Shown piece by piece: positions 1 through 13,031 of a stretch of 64,000 bases of DNA. A model generated the notes under the pieces. The model saw only the letters and a program-made list of their open reading frames with translations. It ran no database searches and was not told the DNA's origin. Within the stretch, counting starts at the first letter, position 1. Each line of letters begins with the position of its first letter. This DNA is from Octopus sinensis (lineage: Eukaryota), in the NCBI RefSeq assembly GCF_006345805.1, contig NC_043004.1, forward strand, positions 60,388,001-60,452,000, read 5' to 3'. Position numbers and translations under genes: made by a program.

Positions 1-54
1 AAACCTAACGGCAGTACACCAGCATAGCCACAGTTTTTGAGCTGCTAAAAGAAA

Positions 55-94
<40 letters not shown>

Positions 95-420
95 TTTCTT
101 TTAGCATCTCAAAAACTTTGTATGTATATATATATATTTTTTGTTTCTGATATAGGTACAAGATCTTTGATTTTGTGGATTACAGTGCTCAAAATTAGTG
201 AGAGATTAAAATCGAAAATGGTGTATTTTGAGCCCAGGACAACAGACTGGAAGAAATACCACTAGGTATTTGCCCGTCGTGCTAATCATTTTGCAATCTC
301 AACGGATTATATAAGTAAATTTTTTTGTCTGGGGTGGAGAGGCTTTGTGCAAATAAATGTATCTATTGATGTTCTCATATATATATGTGTGTGTATGCAT
401 ATATGTATGTATATATATAT

Positions 421-819
421 ACTCTTTTACTCTTTTAATTGTTTTACTGCGGCCATGCTGTAGCACCGCCTTTAGTCGATCAAATCGACCCTAAGACTAA
501 TTCTTTGGAAGCCTAGTACTTATTCTATCGCTCTCTTTTACCGAACTGGTAAGTTAAGGGAACGTAAACACACCAGCATCGGTTGTCAAGCGGTGTTGGT
601 GAGACAAACACAGACAAATAAACATACACACACATACACATATATATACATATATACGACGTGCGTCTTTCAGTTTCCGTCTACCAAATCCTCTCACAAG
701 GCTTCGGTCGGCCCGAGGTTATAGTTGAAGACACTTGCCCAAGGTAACACGCAGTGGTACTGAACCCGGAACCATGGGGTTGGTAAGCAAGCTACTTACC
801 ACACAGCCACTCCTGCGCC

Positions 820-820
<1 letters not shown>
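421..820 (-). mobile_element. tRNA-derived SINE, family A (CORE-like CCTTGGGCAAGT segment, AAAAGAGT-type tail)
   Basis: The minus strand begins with a tRNA-like head (AGGCGCAGGAGTGGCTGTGTGGTAAG...GGTTCCGGGTTCAGT). Homologous copies lie at 9937, 48810 and 53304. Confidence 0.85.
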
Positions 821-852
<32 letters not shown>

Positions 853-1590
853 TATATATATATTATATACACGCATATATGAATACACTTACATAGATAT
901 ATATCTCAGCTTGTGTGTGTGTATGTGCGTTTGTATGTTAATATACACTATGTATATGCGCGCAATGTCATGCTTTGAGCAAAGTACAAAAATATCCCAT
1001 TAACCAGGATCACGTAAAAGTGTACTATATTTAATATATACAGTTATTTATCTAGTGTACAACTGACGAAATATTGACTGTTCGTGTTTCCTCTTTCACG
1101 TACTATGTTTGATTCCTGATTTGCTTGGCCGAATCAACTTCCGTTTCCGGCAGAAAAGAAAAAAACTTAAACAGATGCATGCGCCTGTGTGTCTGTTAAT
1201 TCCTTCATATATCTATTTCAGTTTTGTCTTACATTTTTGGCTCAGTTATTTTGCTTTCCCTGTATCACCGTTCGCAGTATATATATCTATCGAACCTTCT
1301 CACTATTTGTCTCCATTTTTTTTTTAATTTCTGGCTCTTTTATATAATTGTCTGGAACCGTATGTTTCTCTCTCAGTCTGTATTTCCTGCTGAAGCTCTT
1401 TTTCTATATTCAGCTATAAACACTAATCTTTTTAAATCTGAAACTTCATTCATCCATTTCTAAATTATGAACATGTTTCTCACATAAATGTTCTCTTTTC
1501 TTAATTCTTTATATTTTGTAATATATCAGTGAATAATACTTTTCTTTCATCATTTCCTTTTTTTATTTACATCCATAACATGAAACAGTA

Positions 1591-1630
<40 letters not shown>

Positions 1631-1754
1631 GTGTATTATGTGTGTGTATGATAGAGGTGTACATAGGTCTATGAAGTATATCAATTAAAAGACTTGCGTT
1701 TACGCGAATAGCTTATAACTTCTTTTATTTTCTACTAGTTAAACCTTCAAATCA

Positions 1755-2186
1755 TTGTAAGATACAAATAAGATGATAATTTATTTTCGATCGTAGAGAA
1801 CAGCCGAAATAGTGGGTAAATTACACTTACAAAGCGGGAAAAAATTGTCGACAAACCGTCATGAGACTGACTCGAACCTATATCGCTTGAATCCTCCGGC
1901 CAAGTGCTGCAAATTAATCCGCAATTTCAGACGCTATTAAGCTAAATGTACAATTCCGTGTATATATAATTATATTTATATGCACGTAGTTGTATATTTG
2001 GCGAGACATTTAGATTAACAGTAAAGGACTTGGGCGGAGTCTTCAAGAAATGTGTTTTCAATACCCATGGCTCTGTGTTGACAATATTTTTTTCCGGTTT
2101 GTAAGGGTCATTTGCCCAGTATTTCTGCTCTTCTCACGGCGTTTCCGCGTTCGAAAATACATTATCATCTTATTTGTATCTTACAA
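1755..2186. repeat. Degenerate fold-back (palindromic) element of about 430 bp, centre near 1970
   Basis: TGTAAGATACAAATAAGATGATAAT at 1756 is matched by ATTATCATCTTATTTGTATCTTACA ending near 2185. Inner segments also match in inverted orientation. Confidence 0.75.
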
Positions 2187-2456
2187 CACACTTTCGACGC
2201 CTATAAAACAACAAATGTTAGTTTGCTAATATTTACATACACTTGAAAGCATTATATGTGGGGAAACAGTATGAAGAAGTATATTATAATATATCGCAGT
2301 GTGTCATTTAATTTACGACCAAGATTGCAACACAAGTACCACTGGCTGCATTATCATTCGTCTTTTACAAACTTAGGGTAGACATTTCTTCTAATCAGTG
2401 AGTACGTTGATAACCTGTAAGCCTAAACTTATGAAATCATATCCTGTCACCGATAC

Positions 2457-2694
2457 CTATTTCTTTACTACCCGCAAACGGCTAAATACAGAGAGGACAA
2501 GCAAAGACAAACACATGGATTAAGTCGATTATATTATATCGACCCCAGTGCGTAAAATGGTACTTATTTAATCGACCCCGAAAGGATGAAAGGCAAAGTC
2601 GACCTCGGCGGAATTTGAACTCAGAACGTAGCTGCAGACAAAATACCGCTAAGTATTTCGCCCGGCGTGCTAACGTTTCTGCCAGCTCACCGCC
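2457..2694 (-). mobile_element. tRNA-derived SINE, family B (Meta-domain-like GCCTTTCATCCTTTCGGGGTCGAT core)
   Basis: Head GGCGGTGAGCTGGCAG...GAGTTCAAATTCC. Near-identical copies at 19981, 40157 and 40916. Confidence 0.85.
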
Positions 2695-3262
2695 TTTCAA
2701 TATCCTTCATTCACTCATCTCGGTGTTCAGTACCTTGGAAGTGTATCTTGCGTCCCTCTAGCTGAATGCTCGAATGCTGTACGATTTTCAAAATGTTTGA
2801 GGCAATCCCGTTGAAGTCAATGTTCTGAAGTTTTTGTTAAATGAATTCCTTTGGAAAGTTCCATATTCTTCATTATCAATTGAACTATTCTCGCATGTGG
2901 TTTTCAATGAAAGGAAGATCATTTTTAAAAGATGTATTAGTGTGACTATAGTTACGTGCCAGATCAATGAATTATGCGCGCCTTATTTTACTCTGACAGC
3001 CGTTACTATCTAAAGAAGAATGGGAGAATCAGTTGCTCGATCTACTTTGCATTCAGGAGTAGGACGGTCTGCTCAGACTGTACAAATACGCACTAGACAA
3101 ATGGCAGTAATACAATTGCCAAAAGCAATAGAACCACAGCTATAATTTTATATCTGACTGAGGTTTAAAGTTCTTCAATCAATCGATGCATCAGTCAGTC
3201 AATCAATCAATCAATCAATATGCGTGTGTGTGTGTTTTCAAACAATCACTCACTCACCTCTC

Positions 3263-3314
<52 letters not shown>

Positions 3315-3467
3315 CTATCTCTGTTCCTTTGATAATATCTGGTTGGTAGGTAGGTAGAAAGGTATGTTGGTAGGTAAGCGCTGATAATAAAAAAATATAT
3401 AAGGAATTATAAAAAATTCTGTATACCTCCTTTTTTCTTTATGAATAAATAAATAAGTACATACACC

Positions 3468-3499
<32 letters not shown>

Positions 3500-3553
3500 T
3501 ATACTATAAATTATATATGCGTGTATATATATATGTATATATATATATATGTA

Positions 3554-3593
<40 letters not shown>

Positions 3594-3626
3594 TATATAC
3601 ATATATATATTACATATATATATAAT

Positions 3627-4385
3627 ATAAAATTATTAAGGGTAGAAATTGATATTTATCAATTAAGACCAGTGGTCTAGCATATTAAAAAAGAATCCGA
3701 AGATTAAAATATTTATATATACCAATTAAGGACTGAACACGAAAAGTGGACAGTCAACATGCTAGATATAGACGTCAAATCGCCATTCACCACAAAAGAT
3801 TATGTTCTCAGATCAAACTCAACACAATCTATATCTAGCATGTTGACTGTCCACTTTTCGTGTTCAGTCCTTAATTGGTATATATAAATATTTTAATCTT
3901 CGGATTCTTTTTTAATATGCTAGACCACTGGTCTTAATTGATAAATATCAATTTCTACCCTTAATTAATTTTATATAAATAAATATGTTCTCTAACCGAT
4001 AAATTAACTGCTGCTAATTATTAGCTGCAGTCTAGTTTTTCTCGGGTTCCAACGCGCCAAAGTAGAGACATTTGAAAGATATATTCAAATGTAATAGGCT
4101 GAACTCCATGCACGCGATATCTCGGTATCGTGTTTGCATCTAGTCCAGCAAATTACATTTATAACGGACCACGCTGATGATGGCTGCAGTTTCCTTGCGG
4201 AAAATACAGCTGAAACTAATTAGTACATGGGTAATTATTTTATTTCGTATATTTTTCACTTGTTTATTGCTATGGTTTTGTGTTGAGTTTGATCTGAGAA
4301 CATAATCTTTTGTGGTGAATGGCGATTTGACGTCTATATCTAGCATGTTGACTGTCCACTTTTCGTGTTCAGTCCTTAATTGGCA
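3627..4385 (+). mobile_element. Non-coding Penelope-like/retrozyme-type element: inverted 5' piece plus tandem unit of about 505 nt containing a hammerhead
   Basis: 3627-3772 is the reverse complement of 3828-3974. TCTATATCTAGCATGTTG recurs at 3828 and 4333. A hammerhead motif lies at 4168-4232 and (TA)n flanks both sides. Confidence 0.7.
4168..4232 (+). ncRNA. Type I hammerhead ribozyme motif
   Basis: CTGATGA 4174-4180; stem II GGCTG/CAGCT enclosing TTTCC-ttgc-GGAAA; GAAA 4212-4215; palindromic stem III ACTAATTAGT; GUA site 4223-4225; stem I CCACG/CATGG with one mismatch. Confidence 0.7.
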
Positions 4386-4395
4386 TATATATATA

Positions 4396-4449
<54 letters not shown>

Positions 4450-4692
4450 TATATACAGATAAGAGAAAAAAATCTATCAGAAAGGAACTCTATCTCTCTT
4501 AAAAAATATCTTTTGATAAGCATAACAAATGCGCAACCGGTAAAAAGAACTTTCACCTAATTAAGTACACTCTCCTTTACTTAAATTATTTTGTCAGCAT
4601 TTTCGTCATTTCCTTTATATATATATATACAGAGAAAGAGAGAGAGAGAGAGTGAGAGCTAGAAATGTAACACATGAGTTGATATGTATAAT

Positions 4693-5323
4693 GAAAACAA
4701 GTAAAGGTAGAAAATGCTAAAATAATTTTATCCTGAAGTACATTTTAGTACCGATTTCTGCCTTTTTAGACTTTTTCAACTAAGAGTAAAATACGGAAAA
4801 CAATTAAATTGGAGAAAATAATTAAGTGAAATGTTTCGTAGCTATCCTCATAGTCTTTGAATAAATATTTCCATAGTTTTCAGATAGTCTGTCTCTATCC
4901 CTTTCTGAATGCCTAGTAGGTATGTGGGTAGTTAGTAGTAAATTTGAATGAATAGTTTGGATACAAACATTTGATGGTTTAAAATGACCATCAGTTGTCT
5001 GTATACAAAGTATTCGTTCAAATTTACTCCTACCTACCTACGTATCTAATTACCTATCTACCTAGCTACCAGATATTAACAAAGGAAAAGAGATAGATTG
5101 ATAGATAGATAGAGAGAGAGAGTTAGAGACTGTCTGAAAACTATAGAAATATTTACCTTTTCAAGAACTATGAGAATAGCTACAAACCATTTCCTTAAAT
5201 TTTTTTCAATTTAATTGTTTTACTTATTTTACACTTATTTGAAAATGTCTAAGACAGAAACCAGCACTAAATTGTACTCCATAATAATATTAATTTAGCA
5301 TTTTCTACCTTGTCTTATTTTTC
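4693..5323. repeat. Degenerate fold-back element of about 630 bp, centre near 4985
   Basis: AAGGTAGAAAATGCTAAA versus TTTAGCATTTTCTACCTT; GTAAATTTGAATGAATAGTTTGGATACAAACA versus its inverted copy near 5000-5030; central TGATGGT...ACCATCA. Confidence 0.75.
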
Positions 5324-5341
5324 TTATATAAAATAGTATAT

Positions 5342-5417
<76 letters not shown>

Positions 5418-5427
5418 ATAATATATA

Positions 5428-5471
<44 letters not shown>

Positions 5472-5679
5472 AAGTAGATAATGAATTATCTTATTACGGA
5501 TAATTCGAAAGATAACCGATACATGGGTAGCAAACTCACAACAGAAAGAACACGGTTGAAGTTACGACCATAGGGCATATACTCCATGCCTTAGTGCGGA
5601 AATTTGAAGTTTAATTTAATATAATAAGTATAGGAAAGAATGGAGCTGAGCGAAGATTTAACAAAATTCCTTTATTTTA

Positions 5680-5763
5680 TTTTCGACATATGTTTCGAAG
5701 TCTGCAAAATTCCTAATTCCGAATGAATAAGGAGTCCATTATGCAGCTTTCTCTTCAGGAAAA
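5680..5763 (-). ncRNA. Type I hammerhead ribozyme motif (left arm copy)
   Basis: Minus strand reads TTTTC-CTGAAGA-GAAAG-CTGCA...TGCAG-A-CTTC-GAAA-CATATG-TC-GAAAA. Confidence 0.8.
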
Positions 5764-5867
5764 TCCAGGAACTTCTTTCGCCAACAAAATGCACAACAAG
5801 TTTTTAGATGACTGCTCTCGAGGAGCCCATAGCGATAATGATTTTGTTGGCGAAAGAAGTTCCTGGA

Positions 5868-5951
5868 TTTTCCTGAAGAGAAGGCTGCATAATGGACTCC
5901 TTATTCATTCGGAATTAGGAATTTTGCAGACTTCGAAACATATGTCGAAAA
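5868..5951 (+). ncRNA. Type I hammerhead ribozyme motif with intact core and extended stem II
   Basis: CTGAAGA 5873-5879; stem II GAAG/CTTC, CTGCA/TGCAG and TCCTTATTC/GAATTAGGA; GAAA 5935-5938; palindromic stem III ACATATGT; GUC 5944-5946; stem I TTTTC/GAAAA. Confidence 0.85.
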
Positions 5952-5996
5952 CAAAATAAAGGAATTTTGTAAATCTTGCTCAGCTCCATTCTTTCC

Positions 5997-6085
<89 letters not shown>

Positions 6086-6121
6086 CCATATATATATATA
6101 TATATATAATATATATATATA

Positions 6122-6447
<326 letters not shown>

Positions 6448-6567
6448 GTATATATATAAATGTATATATACTAATAATAATGTTAGGGACTAAATTCCAA
6501 CTTACATGGAAAAATTAGATTTAGGATTAACTCTAATTTTACAGTATCAATATTTATATATATATAT

Positions 6568-6837
6568 TAAATTAGAGATAACAAAACTATTAGGCAAATC
6601 AAACAGTGACAACATAAACCAAAACATAGAAATAAAATTAATTAATGTAATAAAATATATAAAATATAAAATTCTAAATTTAAATTATTTAGATTTAAAG
6701 TTAAAATAAAAAAAAATTAAATTATTAATTTATACTTATAAGTTAATATATATATATTATTTTTATTATTTTTTTATTATATATTTATACTTATAAATTT
6801 GTATATATATGTATATTATTATGTTTTTTATTATTAT

Positions 6838-6873
<36 letters not shown>

Positions 6874-8262
6874 TTTAAATATATACAACTATCAAAGAGT
6901 ATTAAAAAGTTTAATATAAGATAAAAAGTATAACCACTACGATCGTTTCATGCCCATAACCTAATTCGAATAGCAATAATTTAAATTCAATTAGTAATTC
7001 TAATTAAGGTTATAGTCAATCTTCATGTTAATGATAATATTTAAATAATCAAATATATTTAAACAATATTTTTTAAGAAATAAATAAAATAATAATTTTT
7101 CTTATAAAAAACTCTTTTATCAATCTAGAAACTTTAACGATTATGATTATGTCACACAATCGATTAAAGTATTAATTTTTAAGGTAAGAATAGATAGAAA
7201 ATGTATTTATCTATTCAGATATAATATGGCTTTAAAAAAAAACATAATAAACCCACAAATAATCTAATTTCAGTTATAGTCAATATCTAATTACCTAAAT
7301 ATTTAACAAAAAATCACTATTCATATTATTAAATTTAATTTCAAGTCGAATAATTATATAATATTTGAATAATAACTAAATTATCAATGAATATATATAA
7401 ATGTATATAAATATAAGAATTAAGATCTAAAATTATCTCTATCAATAAATATATATATGCACGTATAATAAAGAGCTAATAAATTAATTGTTCATTATTA
7501 CTTATAAATAAATAAATAAAAATAATAAAAGATTAAAGATGAAAAAGTTAATTGTAAACAAACAAACAAACTATCTTAAAATAACTCTATAACTAATTAA
7601 GGATCCATATATCTCGTTGTCTAACTTACAAAAACCGCATATTTAAGAACTAAAATGAAATAATAAAATACTTAATAAAATAATCAATCCGTAGTTATAT
7701 AGTATCCAATAAATACTACAAATATATTTATCAATGGAAAAATACTACAACCAATTATCAATGGAAAAAAAACAATATATAAGTTATAATAACAATTATA
7801 AAATATTTAAAATAACTATCAACAAATATCGTTATTAAAGACTAAAATGCATACTATCAATACATGTATATACATGAAACATAACTTTAAAAAACTCGTA
7901 TAACTGTTAACGATCTATATATCTCTTTGGCTAAGTAAAATCTTACGAATAAACGTAACGTTAAAATCTAATAATTAAATAGAAAAAACTACGATAACTA
8001 AATCATTACATAACAATCAGTATTTATATAAAATACAAAATTATGTAAAATACTTATTAAAATATTTAAATTTTAAAATTTAAAAATCTTAAATATAAAT
8101 ATATACTTATCTTTGCAAGGTTTTTTTAACTTTAAATTTAAATAATATAAATTTGAATTTATATTTTATATATTTTATTTTTATATTAATTAATCTTATT
8201 TCTGTTTTGCTTTATGTTTTTCACTGTTTGATTTGCCTAATAGTGGTTTTATCTCTAAATTC
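6568..8262. repeat. Extremely AT-rich block of about 1.7 kb bounded by imperfect inverted repeats of about 140 bp
   Basis: TTAGAGATAACAAAACTATTAGGCAAATCAAACAGTGA (about 6572) matches the reverse complement of TCACTGTTTGATTTGCCTAATAGTGGTTTTATCTCTAA (about 8221-8258). A decayed hammerhead-like motif lies on the minus strand at about 6933-7030. Confidence 0.6.
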
Positions 8263-8412
8263 ATATATATGTATATATATATATATATAATATATATATA
8301 TTATATATATATTAATATATATATATAATATATATATATTATATATATATATATATTGATATATATATATGTGTGTGTGTAATATATATATATTTATGTA
8401 TAGATATATATA

Positions 8413-8466
<54 letters not shown>

Positions 8467-8522
8467 TGTATGCATGTAAGTATGTACGTATGTATGTATG
8501 TATGTATGTGTATGTATGTATG

Positions 8523-8553
<31 letters not shown>

Positions 8554-9936
8554 GTATAGCAATTATCGAACTATATTTGGTAACTACTGGAACAGAAAAC
8601 GCTATTTTACATCAAGTGGCAATTTATTGAGAGTGAATTGTAAATATACGGAACAAGTGAATCTAACATTTATGAAATTATGAAATTCTTGATGCTGATG
8701 AACCTCGACATATACGCTGATCATTTGCATTTCATATGTGAGTTGTTCAATTAATGCAGCAAGTTAGTGATATTTAAATTAGCAGTTTGGATTGACACAA
8801 TTCAACTACATTGACCAAATATACCATTTTGTGGTATATCATGAAGCATTATATACAAGCTATTTAATTTTGTTTAAAGTTGTCTTTCAGGTGTGATATT
8901 CCTCCATATCTCACATAAATTAGACAACCCCTCAGCCAAAATTACATGTGATTCTATACACTATGCTGCTGGGCATACATACCATTATTTCATATCTGAA
9001 CGCGGGTAATTATGTTTATTCATCTAGCAATCGTAAGAATTTAACCTTTTAATGCAGGCATAAAACATAAAATCATGGAATAATAATTCATCGGAAACTA
9101 CCGCAATTAAAATATTTCACACTTATATGTATTACGAAAGTATATTTAGAGGTGTAGCCATTTTCAGTTTCAATATATGTGAGTATGTGTGCGTGTGTGT
9201 ACGTTTGTGTCAGTATCTGTGTCTGTACCTCTGAGTATTCCTTTCTATCAGACGAAGGAAGAAAAGATCAGAACTTTTCTTCAAGTGCTAAAGAAAGAAA
9301 ACTCCCACTAACTCTTGCACACGGGGACAATTTCTTCAAATTCTCATCTTTCTGCCATCTATGATCGCACTAAAAGTAATTATAACGACAAACTGTGAAT
9401 CTAATTGCCAAAAGCTGGATTAGAAATGATTAGATATAGTTGATACTACACCAAATATGTATGTTACTTCTGGATGCAAAACGATTAAGAGAACCATATA
9501 AAATAGCAGGAAACAGGCATAGTTTAGATTTGACAACTGCACTGCGGCGTTAACTAACAATTGTTGATCCAACTGTTACGCATCATCTCATTCTTGATTC
9601 ATTCATGGAAAACACCACTGCAGACTAAAGGAGCATTTCAATTGTTAACTTTAAAACACGTTGCTTCTTATGTAGGCAATGAACGATTTTACACTAATTC
9701 AATTCTGTACACCCAGAATAACTTTGCTGCCTGGTTAAGTATCTCTAGGAAGCTACGGTCTGCAGACTACATAACTCGTGTGATGTCATAACTACTCATA
9801 AATCTGTGGTAAAATTCGCTGCATTTGTTTATCAATTAACAGATACTATGATGTAAAGTGATAAATATTACATTCATGCATTCTCAACTACATTTATTGT
9901 TACCAGACTACAGTATTTACTTGTTTTTACATGGTT

Positions 9937-10330
9937 AGGAGTGGCTGTGTGGTAAGTAGCTTGCTAACCAACCACATGGTTCCGGGTTCAGTCCCACTGC
10001 GTGGCATCTTGGGTAAGTGTCTTCTGCTATAGCCCCGGGCCGACCAATGCCTTGCGAGTGGATTTGGTAGGCAGAAACTAAAAGAAGCCTGTCGTATATA
10101 CGTATATATATATGTATGTGTGTCTGTGTTTGTCCCCCTAGCATTGCTTGACAACCGATGCTGGTGTGTTTACGTCCCCGTCACTTAGCGGTTCGGCAAA
10201 AAGAGACCGATAGAATAAGTACTGGGATTACAAAGAATAAGTCCCGGGGTTGATTTTCTCGACTAAAGGCGGTGCTCCAGCATGGCCGCAGTCAAATGAC
10301 TGAAACAAGTAAAAGATAAAAGATAAAAAG
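9937..10330 (+). mobile_element. SINE family A, near full length
   Basis: tRNA-like head, CTTGGGTAAGTGTC core and GTAAAAGATAAAAGATAAAAAG tail. Confidence 0.85.
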
Positions 10331-11756
10331 ATATTCATCTTATAATAATTCTCTTTACTGAACCCGCATGCTACCCCAGTAGAATTATCGTTTCATAACT
10401 GTGATTTCGACAAGTTATGTATCAATCCGGATGTAGATTGCCAGCGAAATAAAGGACATCGGCTAAAATGCTTTGCAGAACATCTGGTAGTACCTAAATT
10501 AGAAGATTTTTTATGATGTCGAATAAATATTTACTGCTCATTTACTTCGCTAAAAATTCTTTCACCAATATATTAAGATGCATTTAATGGACTTGCTTGT
10601 TTTGGGAGAAGTATAAAGCCTTGATCTATTGCAAAAACCGATTACCACTGCTCAAAATTATTTGAACTATGTCACTTTTAGACTGGGAGGCATAAGTAAC
10701 AAAATTATAATGGCAACGTAGGTAAGTATCATTCTCAATGCGTGTTGTTGAAAAAGGTCCCGTTGGATAAATTACATATATACACTTGAATTCATGTTTG
10801 TATATTAATTTATTTTCCAGTACAAATTATTAATACTCTCATACTCAGAGCAATAATATATTATAAGGGTAATTAATTGCAGTGGTGTACTTGCTATAGA
10901 GTATAGCCTACATTGTAATGGCTTTCGTACCGACTTCATAATCAAGCCAAAACCTGCGATTCTGCGATGGAACTCAAAATGAAACTCTAAATACTTTTAA
11001 TTATTCGAGTAGGATCAATGATAAGACCACGATAAACTTAATACTACCCTTATGTTTTCATGCAAAAATGTGAAATACCGAAAACTTTGCTTAAACGTAT
11101 TTTACTCGAGTAAGTCATCATGTTGTTCCCAATGTAAAATTGTTTAACGCGTAATTCTGAATAGCACGTATGATAGTAGGTAGGTTGCAAACTGCCAAAT
11201 ATTATTATAGGTTTCTTAAATGCATTAATGACAAAATTGAAGCCGTGCTAAAGTCGTTGTAATTTTGATCTCCATTGAACTTCCCTTTCATTCTCTAGTG
11301 CACGTTCACTAAGACTACAAGCAACACCGAGGAAAAAATATGCCATGGCATGCGTTTAACCGGGTATTCATGGCAGAAATACCAACAGTGTGTTTCCGTT
11401 GTTGTCAACATTAGTATTTAGTTTTCAGTTAGTTGTTTCTAGTGTTGTTGTTGTTCTTGCTGTTCTTGTTGTTGAAATATGTTGTTGCAGTTAGCTTTTA
11501 TATTTATTATTTTCACACAAATCTTGTATTAAATGTTGCTACGCCACGTAGAAATTTCTATGACTGCTTCACGCTGGGTTTGCTCCAACATTATTTCAGT
11601 TCATACCCTGCAAATGGCACGTTCATTACAACGGCTTTCTTTTCCCTTCAGTTCCTACCTGCATCAATTGTTTATTTATTTATATTTTAATGGAATTATT
11701 ATTGTTGTTATTTTTGGCATTGTTTTTGTTCTTATTGTTCTTCTCCTTCTTTTTCT

Positions 11757-11795
11757 TCTACCTCTTCTTCTTCTTCTTCTTCTTCTTCTTCTTCT

Positions 11796-11842
<47 letters not shown>

Positions 11843-11844
11843 TT

Positions 11845-11931
<87 letters not shown>

Positions 11932-11960
11932 TATTATTATTATTACTATCATTATTATTA
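11757..11960. repeat. Compound (CTT)n/(ATT)n microsatellite
   Basis: Direct reading. It accounts for the poly-L/F/Y ORFs. Confidence 0.95.
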
Positions 11961-12942
11961 TTTGTTCAGAAAGTTTTCCAATCACTCTTCAAAGCACTGG
12001 ATTTTATAAGAACAGCCGCATGGAATGATATTTTTCTTGTTAATTTTATGCTCACACAGGGAGTCTTAGAAGTATTTGGAAGTCTGCCCGTACATAGTTA
12101 AGACGAAAAATACGATATGTTTTTCGACAAATTCTAGTTTAGTTTTCTTATTTGCCTCATGCATGTAGAAGATGTCTGAGAAAGATAGTATTAAGACACT
12201 CACAAAATGCAAGTAAAGAAAATGAAGATATGTACGCATGAGAAACAAGAGGAAATGAAGAATTCTGTCAGAGCAACATATATTTCCAAACGAAATCACC
12301 TTAATGATATCTCTATTGATTAGGGTAGTAATATGAATAATTCTAGTGACATGTTAGTCAACAAAAGTGAAACAGAAGCTACAACAGAACACATACGTTT
12401 TTATAAACGAAAATATTGAATATCTGCCCGTTGTAAACCGGAAACTGCTTTCTCTGTACCTGTACTAAATTCTAGTGGATGTACGCGGCAGATAAAGTAT
12501 ACGTAAGTGTATGTCCGAATTTTCATGTCTGAAGAAGTTTTGCAACAAGGAGTGGTGAACCGACGCAATTTTGCTAAGGATAAGTTCATATTGCAAAGAG
12601 TTGGGCAGCTTATTCTTCGAGATATTGACAGAAAATAGCTTTTTCTTATCCTTATAGTGTACTATGTATCAAATTTAAAGGCAAAGTTAAGAAAATGAAA
12701 TGTGTTTGGAACTAGTAATCATGAGTACAGCGCATAATGAACATCGAAAAAAGTAGGACAGACCTGAAGCTATTCTCTGACTTCCATTCATAAAGAAATG
12801 AAATAGGATTGGTAGTGTAACGTAAAATATCCAGCTGTTCTGTGTATGCAAATTAGAGCAGCTTCAAGATTTTTGCCCTGGGAATCTAAAAGACGGAGAG
12901 AGAACGAGAAGCAGAGAGTGACATACACAATGAGAGATACAT

Positions 12943-12944
<2 letters not shown>

Positions 12945-13030
<86 letters not shown>
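12945..13030. repeat. (GATA)n microsatellite
   Basis: Direct reading. Confidence 0.95.

Positions 13031-13031
<1 letters not shown>

Larger units (their letters stand above)
5629..6000. mobile_element. Near-perfect palindrome (arms of about 160 bp, 50-nt loop) of Penelope-like pLTR type
   Basis: 5629-5790 is the reverse complement of 5841-6000 with few differences. Each arm contains a hammerhead and a (TA)n tract follows. Confidence 0.85.

Noticed and set aside
6470-8220. Mitochondrial insertion (NUMT) suggested by AT richness and strand skew
   Set aside because: No recognisable mitochondrial protein, rRNA or tRNA motif could be read. The inverted ends and hammerhead relic fit a decayed retroelement better.
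8555-8683. Peptide [11 protein letters not shown] resembling part of a CUB domain
   Set aside because: The match is short, lacks the conserved Cys/Phe context and has no credible splice acceptor (a microsatellite lies upstream).
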